64,000 nucleotides of DNA, taken from NCBI RefSeq assembly GCF_964204645.1, contig NC_134026.1, positions 14,976,150 to 15,040,149 of the forward strand, given 5' to 3'. Below, piece by piece: positions 46,967-58,400 of this stretch. The notes under the pieces were generated by a model that was given only the letters and a program-made list of their open reading frames with translations, did no database searches and was not told where the DNA came from. Within the stretch, counting starts at the first letter, position 1; each line of letters opens with the position of its first letter. Source of the DNA: Tubulanus polymorphus. Taxonomy: Eukaryota > Animalia > Nemertea. Position numbers and translations under genes: made by a program.

Positions 46967-47081
46967 TTATTAGGAAAAAAAATTACTTGTGGTGATGAGT
47001 GTTAGAAAAAAAATTACTTGTGGTGATGAGTGGTGTCTCGTACTTCGTACTCTGATCTGAAAGCCTACTTTTCCAATTACT
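46962..47081 (-). repeat. Right TIR of element C
   Basis: Ends ...TTTTCCAATTACT at 47081, followed by the TSD GGCTTC. Confidence 0.95.
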
Positions 47082-47409
47082 GGCTTCCTTACCTTACCGC
47101 TGTCGCCGATACAATCCGTATGATATCCTTCAGCTCACTTCAATCTCCAGATACTGCATGGGAATTTTGATAAATCCACGTTATAAAGGCACTGTCGAGC
47201 CGTAAACATCGGAAATTTGGCTCCGTTCAATTAGTAGCCATGTTGTATTTTCTTTCCGATATTTCTCTCTTCTTTTCGAGGAAGATCTGCAAAAACCGTA
47301 ATGTTTCCAATGTCTCCGTTTTTAACGCATGCGCATTAGTGAGTGTTGGGGAAATTCTCTAAGTCCAGAAATCGGTTGAGTGCGCAGGCGTCACTACATG
47401 TCAGAATGT

Positions 47410-47502
47410 CATGATTTGAAAGTTTAACAATATGTCTCCATGCCTACCAACTGAAGTTTGGTACGTAGGCATGGAAACATATTGTTAAACTTTCAAATCA
47501 TG
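47410..47502. repeat. Inverted repeat with arms of about 38 bp in the repeat flanking element C
   Basis: CATGATTTGAAAGTTTAACAATATGTCTCCATGCCTAC ... GTAGGCATGGAAACATATTGTTAAACTTTCAAATCATG. Confidence 0.85.
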
Positions 47503-47800
47503 GAGTCACTTCTCTTCATTTAACCCCTTTAAGTGAAGTCTTTTTGGATATCCTTCAATACAGTTTCAAATGGATTTAAAAATGATGATTTAGGTCGACT
47601 GCCCGTCCTTTCTGGTCCTACTAAGACCTTTATCAGGTATGTACTACCAAAACAAACTGAGCTAGGCCACCTGGAATGCTCTCAAGTCAGGTTGAAATAG
47701 ACATTAGATATACTGGTTGGTCAGTTGGTTCGGTTGTGAAGTGTGGAAGCTAAGAAAGCCTACCGGTATTTATTTGTCTATAGCAGGCCTATTATATAGT

Positions 47801-48137
47801 AGCCAATACCATTTTGGTACGTAGTTGTTACCCGTACATGACTGTACGGTGATCTCCACAGGTTAACCGTACGTGAGTTCCCCACTAACGCCGTACGTGA
47901 GTTCCTAGAAGCCAATACCATTTAGGTACGTAGTTGTTACCCGTACGTGACTGTACGGTGATCTCCACAGGTTAACCGTACGTGAGTTCCCCACTAACGC
48001 CGTACGTGAGTTCCTAGTAGCCAATACCATTTAGGTACGTAGTTGTTACCCGTACGTGCCTGTACGGTGATCTCCACAGGTTAACCGTACGTGAGTTCCC
48101 CACTAACGCCGTACGTGAGTTCCTAGTAGCCAATACC
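47801..48137. repeat. 109-bp tandem repeat, three units
   Basis: AGCCAATACC recurs at 47801, 47910, 48019 and 48128; a partial related copy lies at about 15885-15921. Confidence 0.92.
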
Positions 48138-48241
48138 AATAGAAATCAAAAAGTTTTAAATAAAAAAACAATAAGTTAAATAAGTTAGTATTAGATAAAG
48201 TAACTTATTGTTTTTTTATTTAAATCTTTTTGATTTCTATT
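48138..48241. repeat. AT-rich inverted repeat with arms of about 41 bp
   Basis: AATAGAAATCAAAAAGTTTTAAATAAAAAAACAATAAGTTA ... TAACTTATTGTTTTTTTATTTAAATCTTTTTGATTTCTATT. Confidence 0.85.
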
Positions 48242-48670
48242 CGCGCTATTGGTTAACAAGAATTGACTAGAATTCAAATAGATTTAACAAGAAATTCAAT
48301 AACTTTAACTGTTAGTATCACTCTTGTATTATTTCATTGTTTCTCTTATTGAATAAGCCAACTAACTAATATCACTCTTGTATTATCCTAGTCAAATGTA
48401 AAGAATTTACAATATCATACTTGAATGAATTAAAACATAAATTACTTATGTTACTTCATTTTCAGAAATAAAGCATAATATGTATTTAATACCATTAATA
48501 GGTATTTAATACCATTAATACGTATTTGATACGTATTTAATACATGGTATTAGGGTATCTAATAGGGTATCTAATACATTGATACCTCAACCCCCCTTTT
48601 TATTAACTTTTATTTTCATACATTTCAACTAATATATTTTATATTTTCAGCTAATTTAACAGTTGATTTC

Positions 48671-48985
48671 TTATTTTGAATCATATAATTTTTCATCAAG
48701 TTCATGAATATATTTATGAGTTTTTAAACTCTTTTTATTTTTATATCTTTTATTGCATATTTCACAGCATTTAATATTATTCAATCTATCTGAAATATAA
48801 TTCATATTTTCTATTAATTCAGTGTATCTAATTTTACAGCAATCATAGAATTCTAACAACTGTTTTATAGTATAAACTGAGAATGAAAATAAACCTGTAA
48901 GCATAATAATTGATTTAATATTCTGTTGATTTTTATATATTAGATGTAATAAGTTTAATATATTTTCACTCATTTTTATAGCCAA
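48671..48985 (-). CDS. Small protein with C-terminal C2H2 zinc finger
   Basis: CEICNKRYKNKKSLKTHKYIH; the start is probably the ATG near 48973. Confidence 0.55.
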   Translation of the reverse strand: MAIKMSENILNLLHLIYKNQQNIKSIIMLTGLFSFSVYTIKQLLEFYDCCKIRYTELIENMNYISDRLNNIKCCEICNKRYKNKKSLKTHKYIHELDEKLYDSK

Positions 48986-49011
48986 AATATATGAAATTAA
49001 AAGATGCTGTT

Positions 49012-49230
49012 TTAATCATCCAAATCATTTAAATCATTAACTTTTTTATTGTTATTCTTTCTGTGATTGTTTCCATTTAACTTCTTTAATTTCTTGCTCA
49101 ATTTTATATTTTCATTAATCAAATCCTTACTAATATTTTCATAATAAAAGAAAAGCGCAGCCAATATTAATCCACCTGCTACTAAATAATGTTTCAAATC
49201 ACTTTTCCCAGTTGGGATGAAACCATCCAT
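49012..49230 (-). CDS. Small single-TM protein
   Basis: TAAATG start; YLVAGGLILAALFFYY. Confidence 0.55.
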   Translation of the reverse strand: MDGFIPTGKSDLKHYLVAGGLILAALFFYYENISKDLINENIKLSKKLKKLNGNNHRKNNNKKVNDLNDLDD

Positions 49231-49344
49231 TTATTTAAGAGAAAAATTAAACAGTTTATAAAATATTTGCTAGTTTTTAATTAAATATTTTATAATCATT
49301 TTAAAGATATTAAACTTTTAAATGATTAAATCAAATAACAATTA

Positions 49345-50112
49345 AATTTACAGCCAAACAATTTAACATTTCAACTGTCAAACAATTTAACATTTCAACT
49401 GTCAAACAATTTATCATTTCAACTGTCAAACAATTTATCATTTCAACTGTCAAACAATTTATCATTTCAACTGTCAAACAATTTATCATTTCAACTGTCA
49501 AACAATTTATCATTTCAACTGTCAAACAATTTATCATTTCAACTGTCAAACAATTTTACATTTCAACTGTCAAACAATTTAACATTTCAACTGTCAAACA
49601 ATTTATCCTTTCAACTGTCTTATCATTTCAACTGTCAAACAATTTATCATTTCAACTGTCAAACAATTTATCATTTCAACTGTCAAACAATTTATCATTT
49701 CAACTGTCAAAAAATTTATCATTTCAACTGTCAAACAATTTAACATTTCAACTGCCAAACAATTTATCATTTCAACTGTCTTATCATTTCAACAGTCAAA
49801 CAATTTATCATTTCAACTGTCAAACAATTTATCATTTCAACTGTCAAAAAATTCATCATTTCAACTGCCAAACAATTTATCATTTCAACTGCCATAAATT
49901 TATCATTTCAACTGTCAAACAATTTATCATTTCAACTGTCAAACAATTCATCATTTCAACTGTCTTATCATTTCAACTATCAAACAATTTATCATTTCAA
50001 CTGCCAAACAATTTATCATTTCAACTGTCAAACAATTTAACATTTCAACTGTCAAACAATTTATCATTTCAACTGTCAAACAATTTATCATTTCAACTGT
50101 CAAACAATTTAT
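49345..50112. repeat. 24-bp minisatellite (TTTCAACTGTCAAACAATTTATCA), about 30 units
   Basis: Directly visible; a few units lack AAACAAT. Confidence 0.95.
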
Positions 50113-50212
50113 CGTTTCATGCTAAACATATCATGATCTTTAGGATAGTTACTGAAATCAAAATGATGTTTTAATGTTTTTAAATCATCGGTTATGTTAT
50201 TAGTTTTTATCT

Positions 50213-50788
50213 TTAATATGTGTTATGATATTTTGATTTAAGATGGTGTGATTTATTGCTTCGAGTATAATATTTTCCACAATTACATAAAACGCTTTCA
50301 TTAGGATTATATTTAGGCGCAACAATTTCATTATTTAAATTACATTGAATTCCAACATCTTTATATGATTTTTCATTTGGAATGTCAGGGATAAATCTCT
50401 TTTCTTGTAATCTGAAAAACATAACATAGCATTCTCTGAATGGGCAATAACGTAAGTGTAAAAATAATGTTTTATGATTTAATAATGTACTTTCATCATT
50501 AAAAAGTGATTGCATTTCATCTGTAATTATTAAATGTTTATCTATTCCATCAAATGTTGTGAATTTTGGAATTATTGTATTGAATAAGATTTTATCTTTA
50601 TCATTCGATAACTCTATCATTAGATAATGATTTTTAAACACTAATTCAGTAATATTTTTTACTTGAAAACGAAGACGCACAGTTTTAATCAAATCTTTAA
50701 TAGGAATGAAATTTTTGATTGTAAAATATTTTTCTAATTCATTTAAATCGATATCTTTGAAATGTAGTATCTGTTCATTCATATTCAT
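50213..50788 (-). CDS. Hypothetical protein with C-terminal CxCG...H..S..H zinc finger
   Basis: 191 aa; VLCNCGKYYTRSNKSHHLKSKYH. Confidence 0.65.
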   Translation of the reverse strand: MNMNEQILHFKDIDLNELEKYFTIKNFIPIKDLIKTVRLRFQVKNITELVFKNHYLMIELSNDKDKILFNTIIPKFTTFDGIDKHLIITDEMQSLFNDESTLLNHKTLFLHLRYCPFRECYVMFFRLQEKRFIPDIPNEKSYKDVGIQCNLNNEIVAPKYNPNESVLCNCGKYYTRSNKSHHLKSKYHNTY

Positions 50789-50825
50789 AAATAGTTTTTT
50801 TTTATTAAAATTGATATTTTCATCA

Positions 50826-51122
50826 ACTCGTTAATTACTCGTTACTTTTAAACATAAAAAAAAATTTAACGCATATAAATATAAATATTCAATGTTTTAA
50901 ACATGAATTATTTCACTCGTTAATTACTCGTTACTTTTTATAACAAAATTTTTTTTAAACTCATTCAAATATAAATATTCAATGTTTTAAACATAAATTA
51001 TCTCACTCGTTAATTACTCGTTACTTTTTATGTTAAAAAAATAAGAATTTAACGCACATAAATATAAATATTCACTGTTTTAAATATGAATTATTTCACT
51101 CGTTAATTACTCGTTACTTTTT
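50826..51122. repeat. About 90-bp tandem repeat, four copies of CTCGTTAATTACTCGTTACTTTT
   Basis: Copies near 50827, 50916, 51006 and 51099; a single copy occurs upstream of pPolB in copy A (about 5664). Confidence 0.85.
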
Positions 51123-51477
51123 ATATTATTTCACTCATTATTCTTATTTCTAATATGACTTTTAGATTTTAAATGTTCTTTATAATATCTTTTATCACTG
51201 AATGATTGATAACATGTATCACATTTGTATGTTTCTTTTTCATTCTTTTAATTCGTCTAATTTAGTTTCTAATATATCATCTTTATATTCTAGTTTCAAT
51301 GTATTCTCTAAATGTGTTTTAGTTTTATTTTGTCTTGCTTTTTGGGATTTATCTATATTGATATTACATGTTGGACAGTAGTACTTATTTGCTTCCATTT
51401 TAATACTAAATTTTTTATTAAAATTGATTTTAGAAGTTATTCATTTATATTTTACTCATATATATGAATATTTTTAG

Positions 51478-51880
51478 AGTAATAGGGAATATGTTGTTTC
51501 AGGTTAAAGGTTGAATGGTCGAGTTCATTAATAACAAATATTAAAAGTAATTTAAAACTATAATATATTTTCATAACCGTGTGTATTTCAGTTGAATAAT
51601 AGAATAATTATTATTATTTGAATATATTTGATTATATGAATGTGTGTATTGTAAATAAATCAATTGGTCGTGGAGCGGAGCGGTAGCGAAGTGGAGCGAC
51701 CAATTGATTTAATACAATATGCTTTTTAAATTATTGATATCTTAGAATAAATATTTAGTTTTAATATTAAATGCACACGGTTATGAAAATATATTATAGT
51801 TTTGAATTACTTTTAATGTTTTGTTTTTAATGAACTCGACCGTTCGACCTTTGGCTTGAAACAACATATTCCGTATTACT
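51478..51880. repeat. 403-bp imperfect terminal palindrome of derivative D
   Basis: AGTAATAGGGAATATGTTGTTTCA...TGAAACAACATATTCCGTATTACT; pairing continues inward to ATCAATTGGTCG / CGACCAATTGAT around a G-rich loop. Confidence 0.92.
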
Positions 51881-51998
51881 GAGATATTCTTCTGGAACCA
51901 AAATTAAAATATCTAGATGAAATTTTTAAGATATTTTCTATGGAAGATCATACTCCAGAATATAAGCAATGGCTTGAAAAAATGAAAATGATAGAAAA

Positions 51999-54233
51999 CA
52001 AGAGCCCCAAGGGGCACAATGGCCAGCCTGTCAGATTTGCTTTATATAAATGATGTAATCTGTGGGTTATATTTATCAATATACACTCCCTGCTCAATAT
52101 CATTTACATAGTAAAATCGTGTGTTAACACAGACAGCAGGAACGAATGTAATATAGAAATACTAAGTTATTGTATTGTTCAACGCCCCCTGGTGGCCATA
52201 AAAAAAACCAATGAGCTTGAAACTCACCTCGATCATAGAACATGTCATGAGCTACAACTTTCCAATTGATTATAGTAGCAAAATATGCTTAAGTATCAAT
52301 TATGATGTGGAAAAACTTTTTTTCCACCTACGAATGAGTACTGATGACCCCAAGATGGCTGCCAAGTGCGTCATAATTGCCTGGTCAAAAATACCCTCTC
52401 GGATATAAAAGATCCCTTTCCAAAGAATACCCATTACAAATTGCAATGAAACATGGCGCACCATTAGAAAGCTACAGTACTCAGAATTCAGGCCAAAATT
52501 GACATTTTTGGGAACAAAAAAGGTCACAGTACGGCCATCTTGAGTCCGATCGACTCAATTTTTCTCATGCCGATGGGCCCTCGGGGGATACAAATATATA
52601 CGACTGATCAAGCTTATTGATAAAAGTGTCTTCAAAATTTCCCTCGAAAACTTCAAAAATGTGTAAAAAGTGCTGATTTTGGCGAACAACAATGGCTGCC
52701 AGTCGGCCATCTTGAATCTGACAGGGCCAGTTTTTGGCCTGAAGATGTGTCTAGGGTAGATACACGTATAAAACAAATATCAAGACATTACCTTGAAGCG
52801 TCTTCAAAACTTTGGAACTCTCACGAACTATCTAGATGGTTATCTCTCGACCTCAATAGCTTCAAGACCCATCTCAAAACAACTTTGTTCCATGCAGCAT
52901 ACCATTAACTCTCGGAAAGCGAATTGTATTTAACATTTTTTGGCAGAATAAAATTTGATTGAATTTGCAATTCGGGCACATGGCTAATTAGCATATCAAG
53001 GTCATACACCCGATTTGGTAAAACCTTTTTTTCGCGAACCTTGCGCGATTGTCAAGGATGAATTTTCTGTAGAGCAAATAAAAATTCCTCCCAAACACCA
53101 AATCAACTAAAGATTTCATAGAAATCGATCTTGAAATACAATTTTAAATCATAAAATAAAACCCGGAAGTAAAACAGTAGACGATACCGCGGATTCACGT
53201 GAACACCTGATTTCTGTAAACGAAATGTTGGTTGTGACAAAATTGTTCAGACGGTTTTAGGTGGTAATAAGTACGGAAACGTAACGACCATGGTCGACTT
53301 ATTCGATGAAATCAGGCCTACGTGATATCCAAATTTTGACTTTTTTATTCTCCAGACCTCCCTGATATAGAAATAGAAAAGTTTGGTGGTACGAAAGTGC
53401 AATCACAGCGCCGACGGGGACAGAGCCGATTCAAAGATCGGCGGAGTGAGAATTGAGGTGGACGAACACGAAGAAGTAGGCTATTGCGCTACTTGAATCA
53501 CGAAAACTCCTGGCGCGGCCCCGACGCTTTTCGTTGATTAAGTAATACAAATATCATGCAATGGGTTTTCACAATCTACCGCTGGTATTTACCGGATTTC
53601 AATATCACTCCAAAATTCAAAGAAACCTCGAAGTATCGAACCGGAACACTTCCGGTAGATATCCGCGGCTGCCCAACCGGGAAACTTATTTGTTTCAATA
53701 GATATTGATAGGATCCATCATCTTCACCCGTCAAGGGATTCGAACCCACTAAGCTAAAGCCATGCCAGAATCGGGTCGGGCCAATCACAGCGCTTGTAAC
53801 AAACCACATTAGGCTTCTGTGGAATTTCCCAGTAAATGGGCCAATCAGCGAAAACGTAGCGAACGCGGAAGTATTGTCGCGTGTTGATACATGACGTCAT
53901 GCGCAAAAGCGCCAGTAATGAAATCGCGATAATTCACGTGAACAGCTGCTGATATTTTCAGATAAACCAATCACAGGGAAGACACAACTTCCTGATTGGC
54001 TGATAAAAATTGAAATTTTCCCGATTTAACTTTCGTGAAAAATGCAGAAAACATTTTTATGAGACCCTATTTCAAAATTCTGCTCGCTTCGATTCCGAGA
54101 ATGGATTACGCTTAAATACGTGATTTGTTCGAATATGCCCTCACTTGGCAAGCAAAAGAGCCTTTTGTGTGGAAACCATGTCATTTAAATTCGCTCCATT
54201 TGTATAGTAATAGGCTCAGCCTACGGCTGGCCT
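51999..54233 (+). mobile_element. Non-autonomous Helentron-like insertion (possibly composite)
   Basis: Cleanly interrupts the VLTF3-like gene in an A run without a clear TSD; ends with a short hairpin (AGCC-TAC-GGCT); the start resembles the 19396 element end. Confidence 0.55.
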
Positions 54234-54310
54234 AATAAAAATGGTGAAATAACTAAAAAAGATATTATAAAAACAATTATTCCGTCAACATTTAACACAC
54301 AAGAAAAGAA

Positions 54311-55065
54311 CGGTACTCGAAAAACGCCTAATGAAATACACCGAATCGGAAAACGCATAACGCCTTATTCCTAGAAAATGACCTAATTTCGTAATTGCAC
54401 CATCTACTGAGACTCACAATCCAACTCATCAACGGAACAGTTTGAAAATACATGTGTTTTACGCTTCACGAAACGACACTACTACTCTTATAAACTACAT
54501 TATAGGATGATTATAGAATGTCCGCCGTGCAAGCAATTAATTACATAACGCCATAGAAGTGTAAACTGAGACAGTTTACACTTCTATGATAACGCGAAAA
54601 CAAACGCCGCGGTTATAAACCGGCTTTCTTGAATTTTGAAACTGGAATGCATAAATATGGTACAACGCACACAAAGACTGATAAAGTAGCAAATTATCCT
54701 CCAAACTTTTCACAACCACGCTAATGTGAACCTACCGAACCAATGAGAGACTAAATAATGTCCAGCCCCTGAACTTCCTTGAACAAAATATAATAAACTA
54801 TACGTTCCATATAAAAAATATGATGTCTTTTATTATCATAATACTCTGTCCTAATATGAAATAATAACACAGATAAGCCTGTGTAACCAAAGACAGTAGA
54901 AACGAAGATGGAACAGGCGGGGCTCCACGCACTCTGACGTGAACTATGTAGCGTTGCGTACATAGTTCACGTAGGGATTTAGGTCAATTTCTTGGATGTT
55001 ACTATGAATTAGGCGTTATACGTTTTCCGACTCGGTGTTTTTCATTAGGCGTTTTTCGAATACCG
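54311..55065. mobile_element. MITE with long TIRs and 9-bp TSD (Mutator-like)
   Basis: CGGTACTCGAAAAACGCCTAATGAAA...TTTCATTAGGCGTTTTTCGAATACCG; TSD AGAAAAGAA / AGAAATGAA; removing it restores the length seen in element C. Confidence 0.85.
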
Positions 55066-55430
55066 AGAAATGAAAATGTATTTATATCTATTATTTAACG
55101 ATTATTATAAAAAACCTAAATTAACAGAAGAAGATATGGAAAATATAAAAGAAACATTCAAAAAAATATTAAGATATTATGTGGATAATAGAATAACAGA
55201 TTCAATTAATTATGAATTCTGTTTGAATAAGGTTGTAAATTTTTTTAACATAGATATTATAATTCCATTTGATGAATTAACGAACAAAAAGAAACAAAGC
55301 AAGCTACATGAAATGTGGAATAATATAGAACTTTATTTAAATGGAAAAATTAAATGGAAGAACCTAAACAATTAAATCAAAATGAAGAAACCAGTAGTTA
55401 TTTCGAGTATGATGATCTTGATTTTATGGT

Positions 55431-58400
55431 TTAATGGCCATAAGGTAATGTTTTTATTCCATCATCCAAAATATATCTCTTATCGTCGAATGGATTTAAA
55501 CTAGTTTTTTCAACTTCATTAATGTACATCTCGTGATCTTCTGATCTTAAACAATTCATTTTGTGTTTCATTACAATTGAGTTGTATAAACACTTTATAT
55601 AATCTTAAAATTCTATATGTTTGTCAACCACATGTTTTGTTATTCCTTTTAACTTTTTAGCTTCATGATCTTTTGTTCTATAACTATACATTTTACTTCT
55701 TATCCCAACAAATTCAATCATTTCATCACCCCCTAATTCATCTTTAAACTTACCAGGCTGCTTTTTATTGTCATTGCTAAATAATTCACGATCTTTTGGA
55801 TAATTAATAAAATCAAAATGATGTTTTAATGTTTTTAAGTCTTTTGTAATGTCATTTGTCTTGATTTTTAGTATGTACGAATCGGTATTTTTTGGATTAA
55901 TGGGAACCCAGAATTGAATGTTCCATCTTCAGTTGATAAATCATAAACATAATCTGTTGGGTTATATATTTCAAATAAATCTCTAACTTCTACAGTTAAA
56001 TCTTTTTCTGTATGCCTTAAATTAAAACAATTTGGTTTAGATTTAATTAATTCAATATTCATATTAAATCCTAATGAATTACGTAGGATATTTAGCCCAC
56101 TTATTGCACATTTTCCTTTTTGCGCAAATGTTATTACTAGAGAACTCGTAAATTTTTTAGTACCATCTGCTGCGTAGAATCCAATGAAGAACCATTTTCT
56201 AAGATTATATTCTGCATTTAATACATAATCTGGTACTATCTTTTCTTTGGTTGAAGTATTACTTTTCACTATTGTATGAATATAGAATTCATCATTATAT
56301 TTTATAGCAAAATCCTTAGGATTATTCACATGTATTCTATAACATTGTGATGATCTATGATTTTAAAAACTTTGTGCGAATAAACTTCTTCACAGTATTT
56401 CTTTATTCTTTCTAATAATTTCAAATGTTGATTGCATAAATACCAACAATATTTATTACCCCAAACATAATTATACACACCTGCCGAACCATCTCCCATA
56501 ACAAATCCATTGATAAAATATTCTTTTTCTTCTAATATTTCGGGTTCAATATTATAAATATTATCAATTATTTAATCAAATGACATATGATTCATTCTTT
56601 GGAAAAATCTTTTATGTAATAATTCATCTCCAATTTTTATATCAGTTGGTTTTATTTCATCACCATTTCGTTTAATTAAACTATGATCTTCTGCAATATC
56701 TACAAACCCTAATTTAGTTCTAACTCTATAGATTTTCTAATTTGTTTTATGCCTAATAATATTCTTTAATTTTTTCCATATATTTCTTGTCCAAACATCC
56801 ATTAATCCATTTATTTGTATTGATTCCTTTTTACCATATGAAATATAACGTTCATTTTGCTTTGGAATTATTTCTGAAATTCTTCCTATCAACATTCTAT
56901 CATTACATTTTAATAATATTGGGGTGTCAGCTGTAACAGAATCAAAATATAATACTTCAATATGTTTTTCCCCAAAAAGTGGTTGTAAAACATTATAATA
57001 AAAATCATACATTAATAATTTTGGTATTTCTAAAACAGTTGAACCAATGAATATAGGTTTATTAAATTTCATTGACGTTTTTTTTAATTTTACCGCGGTT
57101 AAATAATCTTCAAATCTTTTATTTCCTAAATGTCTAGGACTTGATTGTAAATGTCTAAATCGTTCAGAATTATTTACTAATTCAATATCATTTCTATTGC
57201 TAATATTTTTACATGTTTTTCCATAAAAACTATCATTCATTAATTTGAAGAAATCTTTTTCAAAATCTGTTTTAGATATGGTTCTCTGTTGAGTATTAAA
57301 ATCTATATATTTTTCTAACCACTTCGATTAAATTCAATATATCTATGTACTTTATTTAATTTCATTCCTTGTTTTAGATAAAGTTTTAACATTCTATAAT
57401 GAACAATATAATTATATTTATTATTTGGAGTAAGTATTAATTTTTCTGTAAAAACATGATCTTAAATAACTATCATCTACGGCTAAATGTTCTGGGCAAT
57501 TTGGTAAGTTTCTTGTTTAAAACTTTATGTTATCAGGATATTCTAAATGAACTACAAAGAAATAACCAATTGTGCTTCATCTTCTAAACTCATAATTGCG
57601 CTTTCCCAATTAGTTTTATCATCATTTTCAATTTCTGTTAATATAAAATTTGTGTACGGTTGAGGTTGCATCATTACCCAACCATATAAATTATCGGCGT
57701 CAATATATACTAATTTATATTAATCATTTGCTTTAAAATGTCTCCCATATCACCACTAATTCCACCTCTAATTGATTTTTCAAATAATAAAACCATGTCT
57801 GGTTCTTTTAATAAATCTAATTCTACATTTGTATATTTTAACCCACATTGCCAGGTTAAACCAGGACTTGAATAACAATAACAGGGATCAACATTAAAAT
57901 GATTCAAATTAACTTCTCTATAATTTTCAAATATGTCAGCCAATATCATAACATCTGATTTTAAGTATAAATCTACTAATTCACCATGATTTTTTATCTT
58001 AAGGTGATTCCAAATATCTAATGTTCTATTAAAAACTTCATCTTTCACATACTCCTTTTAATTGATCATACAATTGTTCTTTTAATAATTCTGTTACATT
58101 AAAATCATCATGTGTTTTATAAAATGAATAAGGAATTGCGCCTTTATATCTCAATAATTTAAAATCTTGTTCATTTGGATAATAATGTCGAGTTATTATA
58201 AAATCATAATCAACTAAACTTTTTGCTATATTATCTAATGAACTTGCTAGAAATCTATAAGGATCTAAAAATCTAATGCAACCAAATTGAAATGAAAAAC
58301 AATTTTTAGATGTCTTGGCTAATAGTTTAAAATCATATTTTCTTACATTTGCTTCATTCATAGCATTATATTCTTCTATTTCTTGATTAATTGCGCCCAA

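Larger units (their letters stand above)
30629..47081 (-). mobile_element. Polinton/Maverick element C, full length (16,453 bp), near intact
   Basis: TIRs of about 120 bp starting AGTAATTGGAAAAGTAGG with about 2 mismatches; perfect TSD GGCTTC at 30623-30628 and 47082-47087; pPolB, integrase, ATPase and capsid genes. Confidence 0.97.
48138..51880 (-). mobile_element. Polinton deletion derivative D (hairpin-ended subfamily) with cargo ORFs and tandem arrays
   Basis: 403-bp terminal palindrome; pPolB 5' fragment (about 51140-51398) and short post-motif-C fragment (about 50120-50221) flank unrelated DNA. The left boundary is uncertain. Confidence 0.72.
51881..55433 (+). pseudogene. 3' half of the VLTF3-like gene, split by two insertions
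   Basis: 51881-51998, 54234-54310 and 55075 onward match 41352-41900 consecutively. Confidence 0.8.

Noticed and set aside
47801-48137. CRISPR array
   Set aside because: Three near-identical 109-bp units with no variable spacers, in a eukaryotic context.
49331-50112. (TVEMINCL)n ORF or CRISPR-like array
   Set aside because: Plain 24-bp minisatellite: no unique spacers, no cas genes, and 7-nt unit deletions break the frame.
21893-51880. B and D as the two ends of one 30-kb element
   Set aside because: The terminal sequences differ and the outer flanks (GTCAGC versus GAGATA) are not a TSD.
52211-53809. Short ORFs within the Helentron-like insert
   Set aside because: No recognizable domain; likely chance frames in non-coding repeat DNA.
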